A DNA stretch of 64,000 nt from Candidatus Bathyarchaeia archaeon (GTDB lineage Archaea > Thermoproteota > Bathyarchaeia > Bathyarchaeales > Bathycorpusculaceae), in contig JAWBXA010000001.1 of NCBI GenBank assembly GCA_038868115.1, positions 2,379-66,378 on the forward strand, given 5' to 3'. The position numbers were made by a program, and so were the translations under genes. Shown here one piece after another: positions 63,624 to 64,000 of the stretch. Numbering within the stretch: position 1 is the first letter of the stretch; every line of letters starts with the position of its first letter. Under the pieces are notes generated by a model. The model saw only the letters and a program-made list of their open reading frames with translations. It did no database searches and was not told the origin of the DNA.

Positions 63624-64000
63624 TTATCCCCTCGAATTTATCTTCACCCCGAAAAATTCCTCAAAATTTCTTGCTATCTGGTCTGCGGCTTCCTCAACAC
63701 TTACCCTTTTAACTTCAGCTATTGCATTCACAACTGTTGGAATAAAAGCCGGGGTCGTTATCTTACCGTTGAATGGGCTTTTAAAGTAGCGCACTGGTCC
63801 ATCAGTTTCTGTTAATAGGTTTGTCGCTGGAACTTTCTTGACGATTTCGCGTATGCCACTTGAATAGGCTGTTGGCGGCCCTTCGCTAATGTAGTATCCC
63901 ATTTCAATGGCTTTTGGTAACACGCTAATTGGATTGCTGAACCAGTGTAAAAGAACCCTTCTCAAATTGTAGGATGGAAGCATATCAACAATTTGCGTGG
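63624..64000 (-). CDS. TatD-family metal-dependent hydrolase, C-terminal part (N-terminus beyond the window)
   Basis: LLTETDGP and the C-terminal pattern of TatD-related DNases. The frame remains open to the window edge. Confidence 0.7.
   Translation of the reverse strand, partial: TQIVDMLPSYNLRRVLLHWFSNPISVLPKAIEMGYYISEGPPTAYSSGIREIVKKVPATNLLTETDGPVRYFKSPFNGKITTPAFIPTVVNAIAEVKRVSVEEAADQIARNFEEFFGVKINSRG

Noticed and set aside
1-64000. CRISPR arrays, cas genes, transposases/IS elements, toxin-antitoxin pairs, restriction-modification or other recognisable defence operons
   Set aside because: No regularly spaced direct repeats and no matching protein signatures turned up while reading all ORFs and gaps. 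The only defence-flavoured item is the orphan SRA-like ORF, reported separately.

Overview
This 64-kb window looks like an archaeal chromosome segment. The markers are ribosomal proteins S3Ae, S15P/S13e and S17e, Hel308, KEOPS subunits Kae1/Bud32/Pcc1, proteasome beta, archaeal NMNAT, CofE and the H4MPT enzyme Ftr. The gene mix suggests a TACK/Bathyarchaeia-like heterotroph, but I cannot verify taxonomy without a search.

It is densely packed with housekeeping and central-metabolism operons:
- a complete one-strand beta-oxidation block with ETF (1-7861)
- suhB plus a phosphoesterase, hsp20
- rsmH and a tRNA-Gly(CCC)
- purM-purS-purL-purQ, with purB further on
- pfkB kinase plus ftr
- glycosyltransferases
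- iscS-iscU-sufS
- a 2-oxoacid:ferredoxin oxidoreductase in delta-alpha-beta-gamma order
- serS, a RecJ/GAN-like nuclease, nadC/nadM, ogt, cofE
- a glycerate-kinase / glyoxylate-reductase / aminotransferase group

I found no CRISPR array, transposase, integrase or recognisable defence island.

The points most worth a second look:
1. A 584-aa (ORF-track length) membrane glycoprotein whose ectodomain resembles eukaryotic ribophorin I/OST1.
2. An orphan 150-aa SRA/YDG-like (modified-cytosine-reader-like) protein next to a frameshifted radical-SAM gene.
3. An RPC34-like winged-helix plus 4-Cys protein next to rlmE.
4. A sharp inversion of strand composition centred on a 0.57-kb AT-rich spacer that carries an 18-bp perfect hairpin beside the tRNA.
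5. An unusually high density of decayed genes among intact essential genes: at least seven frameshifted or truncated remnants, plus a start anomaly in korC.

All functional calls come from reading the supplied translations and my own translations of gaps. No database search was possible.
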